A stretch of 64,000 nucleotides of DNA from Candidatus Limnocylindrales bacterium. Its GTDB lineage: Bacteria; Chloroflexota; Limnocylindria; Limnocylindrales; CSP1-4. Positions within the stretch are counted from its first letter, which is position 1. The number at the start of each line of letters is the position of its first letter. Where the stretch lies: positions 12,158 to 76,157 of the forward strand of contig JBEKCH010000002.1 of the NCBI GenBank assembly GCA_050014975.1. Reading direction: 5' to 3'. The notes under the pieces are model-generated. The model was not told the origin of the DNA, did not search any database, and worked only from the letters and a program-made list of their open reading frames with translations. Below are positions 56,055 through 64,000 of the stretch, in pieces. A program made the translations under genes and the position numbers.

Positions 56055-56807
56055 CTATGCGCCGCTCGCGACCAGGCGCTCGATGGTCAGCGGCGTGCCC
56101 GGTCGCAGGACCGGCACGGTCGTGCTGACGTCGAGCCGGGCGCAGAACGGGACGTCGTCCCCGGCGCCCAGCCCCGTGACGAGCCGGCCGGAGATGGAAT
56201 CCCGGAGCGGGGTCAGCAGGTCCGGATAGCTCGCCTGCAGCTGGACCGCGGCCTCGGCCGCCTCGGTCAGGCTGACGTCGGCGCCACGCGACCGGAGCGC
56301 TTCGCTCAGCCGCTCGACGAAGACGCCGGCCGTCACGCCGTCGTCGAGGGCGAACCGGCCGAGGGTGCCGGCACACACGATGCCGACCCGCGCGCCCATC
56401 GGCTCGGCCAGCTGGACCGCTGCCTCGGCGCAGGCACGGGCGTTCAGCAGGCACCCGACAAGCGTCGCAGGCGCGCCCGCCACCCAGCTCAGCACCTTCG
56501 TCCCGTTCGACGTGGACAGGATGACGACGCGTCCCCTGACGGCGTCGGCGCTAGCCAGCGCGGCGGGGGAGTTGTCGAAGTCGAAACCGGGCGGCGCGTA
56601 GCCGTGCCGCTCTCCGGCCAGCAGCCCGTCGTGCTGACGCGCCAGGCGTCGCGCCGATTGCAGGCCGGCGGTGACGTAGAGTCGCGAGCAGCCCAGGTCC
56701 AGGAGCGTGGTGATCGTGGAGCTCGCCCGCAGCACGTCGATGACGATGCAGACCGTGCGGCTCCAGACGCGTGCCTCGGACGGCACCAGCGCCACGTCTA
56801 TCTCCAT
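56055..56807 (-). CDS. comB: 2-phosphosulfolactate phosphatase family protein (ComB-like)
   Basis: It has 'VIDVLRASSTITT', 'LAGERHGYAPPGFDFDNSP', 'LSTSNGT' and 'IVCAGTLGRFALDD'. Confidence 0.75.
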   Translation of the reverse strand: MEIDVALVPSEARVWSRTVCIVIDVLRASSTITTLLDLGCSRLYVTAGLQSARRLARQHDGLLAGERHGYAPPGFDFDNSPAALASADAVRGRVVILSTSNGTKVLSWVAGAPATLVGCLLNARACAEAAVQLAEPMGARVGIVCAGTLGRFALDDGVTAGVFVERLSEALRSRGADVSLTEAAEAAVQLQASYPDLLTPLRDSISGRLVTGLGAGDDVPFCARLDVSTTVPVLRPGTPLTIERLVASGA

Positions 56808-56938
56808 CGACCTGGGCCTCCGTTTTGCGCGGCCCGCCCGCGACGCACGTCGCGTGCGACGGCCGGGCTACAGATAGGGCGGCGGGGCGCCAGTCCCTCT
56901 GGGCCCCGCCGCCCTGGTTTGAACGGCTTCGGCTCGAC

Positions 56939-57787
56939 CTACGCCACGGGGGCGGGGGCGAGCTTCAGCTGCTTGAACTCCTTGACCTGGCCGCGGATCG
57001 CCCGCTCGGTCGGCAGGCGCTCGATGCTCGAGGCACCGAAGAAGCCCTGCACGCCCGGCATCCGCGCGAGCGCCGTCCCGACGTTTTCCGGTTCGTCGAA
57101 TGGGCCGCCGTGGCAGAGCACGAGGATGTCCTTGCGGACCGAGCGACCGGCCTCGGTGACCGTCATGACCCGGTCGATCGCCTGGTCGAGCGACAGGGCG
57201 ACCCCGGCGCCGATCGTCCCGGCCGTGGTCAGGCCGACGTGGGCGACCAGCTGGTCGGCGCCGGCTTTCGCCATGGCCTTCGCGTCGTCGGCATTGAAGA
57301 CGTAGGGCGAGGTGAACAGGTCGATCTCGTGGGCCAGCCGGATCGCCTCGATCTCCTTGTCGTAGCCCATGCCGGTCGCTTCCAGGTTGGCCCGGAAGTT
57401 GCCGTCGATGAGCCCGACGGTCGGGAAGTTCTGGACGCCGTCGAAGCCTATGTCCTTGAGCTGCTTGAGGAAGACCGGCATCAGCCGGAACGGGTCGGTC
57501 CCGTTGATGCCGGCGAGGACCGGCACGTCCTTGACGACGGGCAGGACCTCGGAGGCCATCTCGACGACGATGCCGTTGGCGTCGCCGTAGGCGAGCAGGC
57601 CGGCGAGGGAGCCCCTGCCGGCCATCCGGTAGCGTCCCGAGTTGTAGATGATGATCAGGTCGCAGCCGCCGGCTTCGGCCATCTTGGCCGAGATGCCGGT
57701 GCCGGCACCGCAGCCGACGATCGGCCTGCCGGTCGCGGCCTGGGCACGGAGTCGCCGTACCACCTCGGCGCGAGGAATGAATGGCAT
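56939..57787 (-). CDS. phosphoenolpyruvate-hydrolase-like TIM-barrel protein (homologue of the C-terminal half of plant Tm-1)
   Basis: It has '[50 protein letters not shown]'. Confidence 0.7.
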   Translation of the reverse strand: MPFIPRAEVVRRLRAQAATGRPIVGCGAGTGISAKMAEAGGCDLIIIYNSGRYRMAGRGSLAGLLAYGDANGIVVEMASEVLPVVKDVPVLAGINGTDPFRLMPVFLKQLKDIGFDGVQNFPTVGLIDGNFRANLEATGMGYDKEIEAIRLAHEIDLFTSPYVFNADDAKAMAKAGADQLVAHVGLTTAGTIGAGVALSLDQAIDRVMTVTEAGRSVRKDILVLCHGGPFDEPENVGTALARMPGVQGFFGASSIERLPTERAIRGQVKEFKQLKLAPAPVA

Positions 57788-57829
57788 GGCCGCTCCTCCT
57801 TGTTGGGTTGTCGCAGTTCTCTGGTACGC

Positions 57830-59044
57830 CTAGCGCTTGGCTATCATCGCCTGCAGGCGATCGACCATAGCGTCGGCAAAGGCGGGGTCGTTGATGGCGA
57901 GGTCGAGCTCGACAAGCTCGACCTTCGAGCGGTCGAGGTTGGCGCGGATCGCGCCGAACAGCGCAGCATCCGCCACGGGGTCGTGGAACGGCATGCCCTC
58001 GACGTCGATCGCGCTCACGCCCTTGAGCGGGACGAACAGCGCGGTGGGTCCGGTGGTCTTGTTGAGCTTCTTGGCGATGATCTCGCCGAGCTTCGCGCAC
58101 TCCTCCGGCGTCGTGCGCATGAGCGTCACTTCGGGGTTGTGGATGTAGATGTTCCGCTTCTCGAACTTCTCCGGAAGGGTGTCACGAGGGCCGAAGTTGA
58201 CCATGTCCAGGGCGCCGAGCGAGACGATCTGGGGAATGCCGGTCCGGCCGGCGGCGTCAAGGCGCTCCGGTCCGGCCGACAGGATGCCGCCGACCAGCTC
58301 GTCGCACCATTCGGTGGTCGTGACGTCCGCCACCCCATCGAAGACGCCGTCGGAGATGAGCGCCTCGAATGACCGGCCGCCGCTTCCGACTGCGTGGAAG
58401 ACGAGCACTTCGTAGCCGCTCGACTCCAGCCGCGCCCGGACGCGGTCGAGGCACGGCGTCGTGACGCCGAACATCGTCGCACCGATCAGCCGCTTCTCCT
58501 CAGCCTTCGGCATCGTCTGCTCGACCATGCCGCCGATGGCTCCGGCGGCGTTGGCGAAGATGCGACGCGAGAGGCGGTTCAGCCCGGACACGTCGACGAC
58601 GGAGTGCATCATCGTGATGTCCTTGACGCCGACGTACGGGCCTACGTTGCCCGAGGCCATGGTCGACACGATGACCTTGGGGATGCCTACTGGGAGCGCC
58701 TGCATGGCTGTGCTCCCGATGGACGTGCCGCCCGAGCCGCCCATGCTGATGACGCCATCGAACTTGCCTTCGGCGAGGAACTTCACCGCGAGCGCCCGCG
58801 CACCCAGGCCCATGGTCTCGATGGCGTGGCCCCGGTCCCGCTTCTCGCGGAGCTCGGCGAGCGAGCCCCCGCCGGCCTCGGCGGTTAGGTCGGCGGGGCT
58901 GTCGGGCTTGAACGTCGGCTCGCCCAGGATCCCGGCGTCCAGCACGAAAGTGTTGAGCCCGCGAGCGCGAATCAGGTCGCGGACGTAGGCGTACTCTCGA
59001 CCCTTGGTATCCAGCGTGCCGATCAACAAGACGGTCTTCGCCAT
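57830..59044 (-). CDS. UPF0261 / Tm-1-like ATP-binding protein
   Basis: The N-terminus reads 'MAKTVLLIGTLDTKGREYAYVRDLI'. The protein is 404 aa and lies 42 nt upstream of its usual TIM-barrel partner. Confidence 0.75.
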   Translation of the reverse strand: MAKTVLLIGTLDTKGREYAYVRDLIRARGLNTFVLDAGILGEPTFKPDSPADLTAEAGGGSLAELREKRDRGHAIETMGLGARALAVKFLAEGKFDGVISMGGSGGTSIGSTAMQALPVGIPKVIVSTMASGNVGPYVGVKDITMMHSVVDVSGLNRLSRRIFANAAGAIGGMVEQTMPKAEEKRLIGATMFGVTTPCLDRVRARLESSGYEVLVFHAVGSGGRSFEALISDGVFDGVADVTTTEWCDELVGGILSAGPERLDAAGRTGIPQIVSLGALDMVNFGPRDTLPEKFEKRNIYIHNPEVTLMRTTPEECAKLGEIIAKKLNKTTGPTALFVPLKGVSAIDVEGMPFHDPVADAALFGAIRANLDRSKVELVELDLAINDPAFADAMVDRLQAMIAKR

Positions 59045-59377
59045 AGCCTCTCCTTCACGCGGTTCGGATGCGGGCCCATTGGCCCGCCCGCTGCAGATGC
59101 TCCGACCGTTCGCCCGTCGCCGCCGAGCGCATCACACATCGGAAATCGGGGCGGCGACTGCGGAACGGCCGCTTCAGATTGGCTGCCGCTGGAGGACCGG
59201 ACTCGCGCGTGCAACCGGCAACCGCGAGCCTGTCCGGCACGGTACGAACGACCCGGGTCCCTCCTGGCGAGAGACCCAACCATCACGAACGCTTCTCGCC
59301 TCCGGGGCGCCTCGGCCGGGTTTCGGCCGCTCGCCGCCGCCCCGTTCGATGGACGGCGTCATGCCCCTGTGGCGAGT

Positions 59378-60346
59378 TCATCTCTGCGCGGCCACCTCCT
59401 TTCCCGCGGACCGGCAGATCGCTGCGACCTCCTCCGCCACGCGGGCCGCGGACAGGCCGTACAGCTCGAGCAGCGCTGCATTGGATGCCGACTCGCCGTA
59501 GACGTCCTGCATGCCGAGTCGCTTCACGAAGGTCGGGCGGTGCTCGGAGAGGGCCTCGGCTACGGCGCCGCCGAGGCCGCCGATGACGGTGTGCTCTTCC
59601 ACGGTGACCACGGACCCGGTCCGGTCCGCGGCTGCGACGATCGCCGCCACGTCGAGTGGCTTGATCGTCGGCACGTGGAGCACGTGCGCGTCGATGCCCC
59701 GTGCGGCGAGCAGCTCCGCGGCGTCGACGACGCGCGGCGTCTGCGTACCGGTGCTGATAAGCGTCACGTCGCGACCCTCGCGGACCACGACGGCTCGGCC
59801 GAATTCGAACGAGTACGAGCCGTCGAAGAGCCGCTGCGTCGCGTCACGCACCAGCCGGACGTAGACCGGCCCGTGGTATGAGGCGCACCAGCGCAGGGCC
59901 TGAGCCGCCTCGACGTCGTCGGCGGGACAGACGGTGACCATGCCCGGCATCGCCCGCATGATCGAGACGTCGTCCACGATGAGGTGCGTCTTGCCGGTCA
60001 CGCCCGTGAAGAGCCCGGCGTAGCCCGGAGTGATCTTCACGTTGAGTCCCGTCTGGGCAATGAGGACGCGGATCTGGTCCAGGGGCCGGACCACCGCGAA
60101 GGCGACGAACGTGCTGACGAATGGGATCAGACCCATCGTCGCCAGGCCGGCGGCTACGCCCAGCATGTTCTGCTCGGCGATGCCCATCTGGAGATACCGA
60201 TCCGGGTGGCGGTGCTCGAAGATGTCGGCCCTGGTGGAGCTGCCCACGTCGGCGTCGAGCATGACGATGCGGGGGTCGGTGTCGGCCAGCTCGCTGACAG
60301 TTTCGCCGAAGACCTCGCGCATGGCGCGACCCAGGGGCAGTGTCAT
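59378..60346 (-). CDS. transketolase, C-terminal (pyrimidine-binding) subunit of a split enzyme
   Basis: It has 'MGIAEQNMLGVAAGLATMG'. The ATG overlaps the N-subunit stop (ATGA). Confidence 0.85.
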   Translation of the reverse strand: MTLPLGRAMREVFGETVSELADTDPRIVMLDADVGSSTRADIFEHRHPDRYLQMGIAEQNMLGVAAGLATMGLIPFVSTFVAFAVVRPLDQIRVLIAQTGLNVKITPGYAGLFTGVTGKTHLIVDDVSIMRAMPGMVTVCPADDVEAAQALRWCASYHGPVYVRLVRDATQRLFDGSYSFEFGRAVVVREGRDVTLISTGTQTPRVVDAAELLAARGIDAHVLHVPTIKPLDVAAIVAAADRTGSVVTVEEHTVIGGLGGAVAEALSEHRPTFVKRLGMQDVYGESASNAALLELYGLSAARVAEEVAAICRSAGKEVAAQR

Positions 60347-61230
60347 CGCGCGCCTCCATCCGTGGCGGCAACGGTTTCGCCCAGGTCGGCCATCGCCGTG
60401 GCGAATTCGTCCGTGGTGAGCGGCCGCGTGTGCCAGTAGTAGTGGCCCTCCATGAACGAGACGCCCTTGCCCTTGACGGTGTGGGAGATCACGACCGTCG
60501 GCCGGCCGTCGCCTTGGCGCGCGCGCTCGAGGACGGCCACGACGTCGGGCATGCGGTGGCCGTCGACCTCCAGGACGCGCCAGCCGAAAGCAGTCCACTT
60601 GGCCACGAGCTCGCCCGGCGTCTCTGGTGGCAGGCGGCCGTCGGGTCCGTCCCCGGCCCAGCCGTACTGCTGGAGCTTGTTGTGGTCGACGATCGCGATG
60701 AGGGTGTCGAGACCGTAGCGGGCCGCGACCATGGCCGCCTCCCAGACCTCGCCTTCCTGGCACTCCCCGTCGCCGAGCATGACGTACGTTCGGACGTCGC
60801 CCCGGCCGGTCAGGCGTGCTCCGAGGGCGATCCCGACTGCGGCCGAGATGCCCATGCCGAGCGATCCGGTGGACATGTCCAGCCCGGGCAGCTTGGTCAT
60901 ATCCGGATGCCCTTGCAGCCGCGTCCCGGCTGAATCGAAGGTCGCGAGCTCCTCGACGGGGAAGTAGCCACGGAGGGCGAGCGCCGCATACAACCCGATC
61001 GACGAGTGGCCCTTGGAGAGAACGAACCGGTCGCGATCCGGCCAGCCGGGCTCCTCGGGCCGTATTCGCATGACGCAGAAGTACAGGGCGGCGAGCATGT
61101 CGGCCGCGGAGAGCGGCCCGCCCAGGTGCCCGGCCTTGGCTTCGTTCACGGCGCGAATGATCTCCACGCGGATGCGCCTTGCGGTTTCCTCCAGCCGGCT
61201 GATCTCCGCGTCCTGCGTTGTGGTGGTCAT
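60343..61230 (-). CDS. transketolase, N-terminal (ThDP diphosphate-binding) subunit of a split enzyme
   Basis: It has 'GHLGGPLSAADMLAALYF', 'SKGHSSIGLYAAL' and 'GDGECQEGEVWEA'. Confidence 0.85.
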   Translation of the reverse strand: MTTTTQDAEISRLEETARRIRVEIIRAVNEAKAGHLGGPLSAADMLAALYFCVMRIRPEEPGWPDRDRFVLSKGHSSIGLYAALALRGYFPVEELATFDSAGTRLQGHPDMTKLPGLDMSTGSLGMGISAAVGIALGARLTGRGDVRTYVMLGDGECQEGEVWEAAMVAARYGLDTLIAIVDHNKLQQYGWAGDGPDGRLPPETPGELVAKWTAFGWRVLEVDGHRMPDVVAVLERARQGDGRPTVVISHTVKGKGVSFMEGHYYWHTRPLTTDEFATAMADLGETVAATDGGAR

Positions 61231-61505
61231 GACGCTTCCTCTGGAGCGCAGCCCGCGCCCCGGAGGACGGGGCACGGCCGCGGGCGAGAATTGACCGACG
61301 AAGCGCGCGGATCGAAACCGTCCGACGCCACGTCACGGAAGCCGTAGCTGGGGCCGGGAATGAAGACGTCTGGCTCCGGCATCGGATTCCTCGTGCTCAT
61401 GACGGAAACCGAGGTCGGGACGGGAGGTTCTCGGCAGTCGTAATCAACAATCGATCCTACTCCTCAACGCGCTCGACCGAAAGCCGGCTCGGTCGGAGTG
61501 AGCCA

Positions 61506-61976
61506 TCATGTCCAGGCCTCTCTCACCGGAAGGGACGCCAGGGCGCGGACCACGAACTCGATCTGGCTCATGCACGCGACTCGCCAGATCCCGCTGTCGA
61601 TGAATGCCCGATGCTGCTCCGGAGTGCGGATCTCGCGGCCGACCAGCGCCCGGCAGTCGACTGCGCCGTGCTCGGCCCGGAAGTCGTCCATGAGGCGGGC
61701 GATGACCTCGCGGGCCAGGCGCTTGGCCCGTGCGTGACTCCTGAACCGGCGCGCGGCCAGGAGTCCCACGGCCAGCGAGGCTCCGGAGATGGCGCCGCAG
61801 ACGCCGCCGCTGTAGGCGACGCCCCCGTTGAGGGCCATCGCCGCCGAGGGGTCCAGGGGATCGGGCAGGCCGAAGGCCTCCTTGAGAACCATGAAGGTCG
61901 TCTCGGCGCAACCGAATGAGTTGGACTCGTCGAGGAAGAGGGTCCTCGCTCGAGCTGCTGCTTCGTCAGCGGTCAT
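61506..61976 (-). CDS. C_GCAxxG_C_C-family (putative redox-active) protein
   Basis: It has 'FGCAETTF', 'GGVCGAISGA' and later Cys residues ('DCRAL', 'VACMS'). The protein is 156 aa. Confidence 0.75.
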   Translation of the reverse strand: MTADEAAARARTLFLDESNSFGCAETTFMVLKEAFGLPDPLDPSAAMALNGGVAYSGGVCGAISGASLAVGLLAARRFRSHARAKRLAREVIARLMDDFRAEHGAVDCRALVGREIRTPEQHRAFIDSGIWRVACMSQIEFVVRALASLPVREAWT

Positions 61977-62064
61977 CTCCGGCGGCTCTCCCCGTTGCTG
62001 GCATTGCCTGGTCCCGAGCCCGAGCCCAAGCAGCCCCTGGCTGCCGACTCGGACCTGCGACCGG

Positions 62065-62433
62065 TCAACCCTTCGTCTTCTTCTCGTAAGAGCCGGGCAC
62101 GACCGGCGGCGTGAAGACGCAGAGAAGTTCGAGCGGCGCCGGGCCGTCGCACTCGGTGGCGTGGAACGTCCCGGCCGGGATGAAGACCGCAACGCCGGCC
62201 TCGAGCTCGGCCGGGCCCGCGTCGCAGATGAGCCTGCCCCGTCCGGAGAGGCAGTAGACCGTCTCCTCTGCGGCCTCGTGGACGTGGCCCGTGGGCCGCG
62301 CGCCCGGCTCGTAGACGGAGACGCCCATCGAGAGGCGCCTGGTCGGGGCGGTCTGAGGGCCTATGTAGGCGTGCCAGTTGCGACCGGGCATGGGCGTGAT
62401 CGCGGTCTCGGCCCGGCTCATTCGCGTGAACAT
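62065..62433 (-). CDS. cupin domain protein
   Basis: It has 'TGHVHEAAEETVYCLSGRG' and 'VFIPAGTFHATE'. The protein is 122 aa. Confidence 0.7.
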   Translation of the reverse strand: MFTRMSRAETAITPMPGRNWHAYIGPQTAPTRRLSMGVSVYEPGARPTGHVHEAAEETVYCLSGRGRLICDAGPAELEAGVAVFIPAGTFHATECDGPAPLELLCVFTPPVVPGSYEKKTKG

Positions 62434-62519
62434 GACGTCCTCGCTTCGTCGCGCGGCGTGTCCATCCGCCGTTCTGGCCGACCTCAGCAGGTCGGATGCT
62501 CGATGTCGTTGCGTGCCCG

Positions 62520-64000
62520 TCAGGCCCGGCCGGCGGCGGCCTCGTCGGAGCGCCGGCGACCGGACAGCCGGATGAGGTCCTCGTGCAGCTCGAACCAGAC
62601 GCTGTGGTAGCTGTCGACGCGCGGCGAGGCCACGAACCGCTGGTCGCCGTCCCGGGCGTGGGCCAGGGCGCGATCAAGCCGTTCGCGGTAGCCGGCCATC
62701 CGTCCGAGCTTGTTGCCGAGCGGGGTAAGCCAGTCGACGACCTCGCCGTGGAGAGCGCCGAGCTGCTCGAGTATGGAGGCGTCGTAGGCGGCGTCGGCAT
62801 GGTCATTGAAGACCTGCTCGCCGCCGACGTCGCGGAGCTGCCAGGCTGTGACCAGGTCCTTCAGCCTGCAGTCGAGCAGGAGGAAGCGATCCAGGGCGGC
62901 CGCGCAGGTCTCCTCGCCTCCGCTGCGGTCGCGATCCGCGGCGAACACGTCGAGGGCGCGCAACCTGCCCTCTCCCGTCAGCCGGAACGAGCCCGCCACA
63001 ACCTCCGCCAGGCCTTCGGCCACGAAACCGTCCACGAAGGGCCGGACCTGTTCGGCAGTGCTGGACAGCGTGGTGGCCAGGCCCTCGGGCGTGACCAGGC
63101 CCTTGATGAGGAGACCCCGGAGCACGTCGTCGGCCGTCAGCTCGGCAGTTGTCGGTGCCTCGGCCGGCGCCTCCGCGGCCGGCTCACCTTCGGCTTCGCC
63201 GATCGGGATGCCGAGCTCCTTCGCCCAGGCCAGCAGCGTGGCCGCCTCCGGCACGATGGCACAGCTGCCGTCGACCTCACCGGCGAATATCTCGCCGGTG
63301 CTGCCGTCGATGGTTATGACGTCGCCGCACGGGAAGGTCCTCCCGCCGACGGCCATACCGGTCTCCGCCACCTCGATGGCGCTCGCGCCGACGACCGCGG
63401 GGATTCCCCAGCCGCGGGCGACCACGGCCGCGTGGCTGGCCAGCCCGCCGCGGGCGGTGAGGACCCCGGCGGCGCTGGCCATGCCGTGGACGTCGTCCGG
63501 CGACGTCTCGGATCGGACGAGGATGACGGTCCGACCCGCCTGGGCGATCGCCTGGGCCTCGTCGGGCGAGGTCACGATCTCGCCGTGAGCCACCCCCGGT
63601 GAGGCGGGCAGACCGACGGCCAGCGGCTCGGGCCCGCCTTCGCGGCGGATCGAGGTCAGAGGCGGATGAGCGAGCTGGGCGGCCACGCGCCTGACCGCTT
63701 CCTCACGGGTCAGCGGGAAGGCAGGATCCTGGGCCATGTCGACCGCCATCCGCAGTGCGGCCTGGGGGCTTCGCTTGCCGACGCGGACCTGGAGCATCCA
63801 GAGCTTGGCCTGCTCGATCGTGAACTCGATATCGCAGAGGTCGGCGTAGTGGCGCTCGAGCTGGGAGGAGTAGTCCCGCAGCTGGCGGCCCACGGCCGGC
63901 AGCCGAGTGTCAAGCACAGAAACGGGCTCGGTCTGGTGAGTGCCCGACACCACGTCCTCGCCCTGGGCGTTGAACAGGACGTCGCCGTACAGCGTTGGCT
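62520..64000 (-). CDS. pyruvate,phosphate dikinase-like protein (ATP-grasp + phospho-His swivel domains) with a non-canonical C-terminal ~210 aa; 5' end lies outside the window
   Basis: The frame is open to the window edge ('...LFNAQGEDVVSGTHQTEP'). It has the phospho-His motif 'LTARGGLASHAAVVARGWGIPAVVG' and 'GDVITIDGSTGEIF'. Where the PEP/pyruvate TIM barrel should begin, the sequence diverges ('...LRGLLIKGLVTPEGLATTL...'). Confidence 0.8.
   Translation of the reverse strand, partial: PTLYGDVLFNAQGEDVVSGTHQTEPVSVLDTRLPAVGRQLRDYSSQLERHYADLCDIEFTIEQAKLWMLQVRVGKRSPQAALRMAVDMAQDPAFPLTREEAVRRVAAQLAHPPLTSIRREGGPEPLAVGLPASPGVAHGEIVTSPDEAQAIAQAGRTVILVRSETSPDDVHGMASAAGVLTARGGLASHAAVVARGWGIPAVVGASAIEVAETGMAVGGRTFPCGDVITIDGSTGEIFAGEVDGSCAIVPEAATLLAWAKELGIPIGEAEGEPAAEAPAEAPTTAELTADDVLRGLLIKGLVTPEGLATTLSSTAEQVRPFVDGFVAEGLAEVVAGSFRLTGEGRLRALDVFAADRDRSGGEETCAAALDRFLLLDCRLKDLVTAWQLRDVGGEQVFNDHADAAYDASILEQLGALHGEVVDWLTPLGNKLGRMAGYRERLDRALAHARDGDQRFVASPRVDSYHSVWFELHEDLIRLSGRRRSDEAAAGRA

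Noticed and set aside
61227-61400. A 57-codon minus-strand ORF (MSTRNPMPEPDVFIPGPSYGF...) whose TGA overlaps the ATG of the transketolase N-subunit gene (ATGA). It is below the size cutoff of the ORF track.
   Set aside because: It has no Shine-Dalgarno sequence. Its third-position G/C bias is only moderate, lower than in the neighbouring genes. It has no recognisable motif. I cannot support it as a gene, though the stop-start overlap makes it worth a Ribo-seq look.

Overview
This is a very GC-rich bacterial chromosomal segment in which third codon positions are almost always G/C. Long spurious antisense ORFs are therefore common in the ORF track. The content fits a high-GC Terrabacteria lineage (Actinomycetota/Chloroflexota-like), but I cannot assign taxonomy from the sequence alone. 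I call about 53 protein-coding genes. They are densely packed, and many are joined by 4-nt ATGA/GTGA stop-start overlaps.

Recognisable housekeeping genes are lhr, gdh, a coaX-coaBC-panB-panC operon, ndk, lepB, a K+-independent-type H+-pyrophosphatase, uppP, argR, greA, a class I lysyl-tRNA synthetase and serS. Envelope and transport genes are two tandem GT39/ArnT-like and two GT87/DUF2029-like membrane glycosyltransferases, three MFS pumps (one with a MarR regulator), VIT1, EamA, a partial APC permease and an NCS2 permease.

By eye I found no rRNA, tRNA, CRISPR array, transposase, integrase or prophage gene.

The most interesting observations are:
- A 9.5-kb minus-strand cluster (54.6-64 kb) built mostly from uncharacterised families with a PEP/phosphoryl-transfer theme. 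It contains a PPDK-like protein with a non-canonical C-terminus, a cupin, a C_GCAxxG_C_C protein, a split transketolase, a UPF0261/Tm-1-like plus PEP-hydrolase-like pair, ComB, an EamA exporter and a ModE-N-only regulator.
- A lepB operon carrying two degenerate complex-I/Mrp-like membrane subunits, divergent from an Ig-like/TolB-propeller protein.
- An M16 peptidase translationally coupled to a protein with about 31 tandem 15-bp (AVEPE) repeats.
- An in-frame TGA in an otherwise intact NCS2 permease.
- A frameshifted relic of a chemoreceptor gene that keeps its terminator.
- Candidate RNA elements: a gdh leader, a greA leader terminator and an sRNA-like island 3' of argR.

All family assignments come from motif recognition by eye. 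No searches or computations were run.
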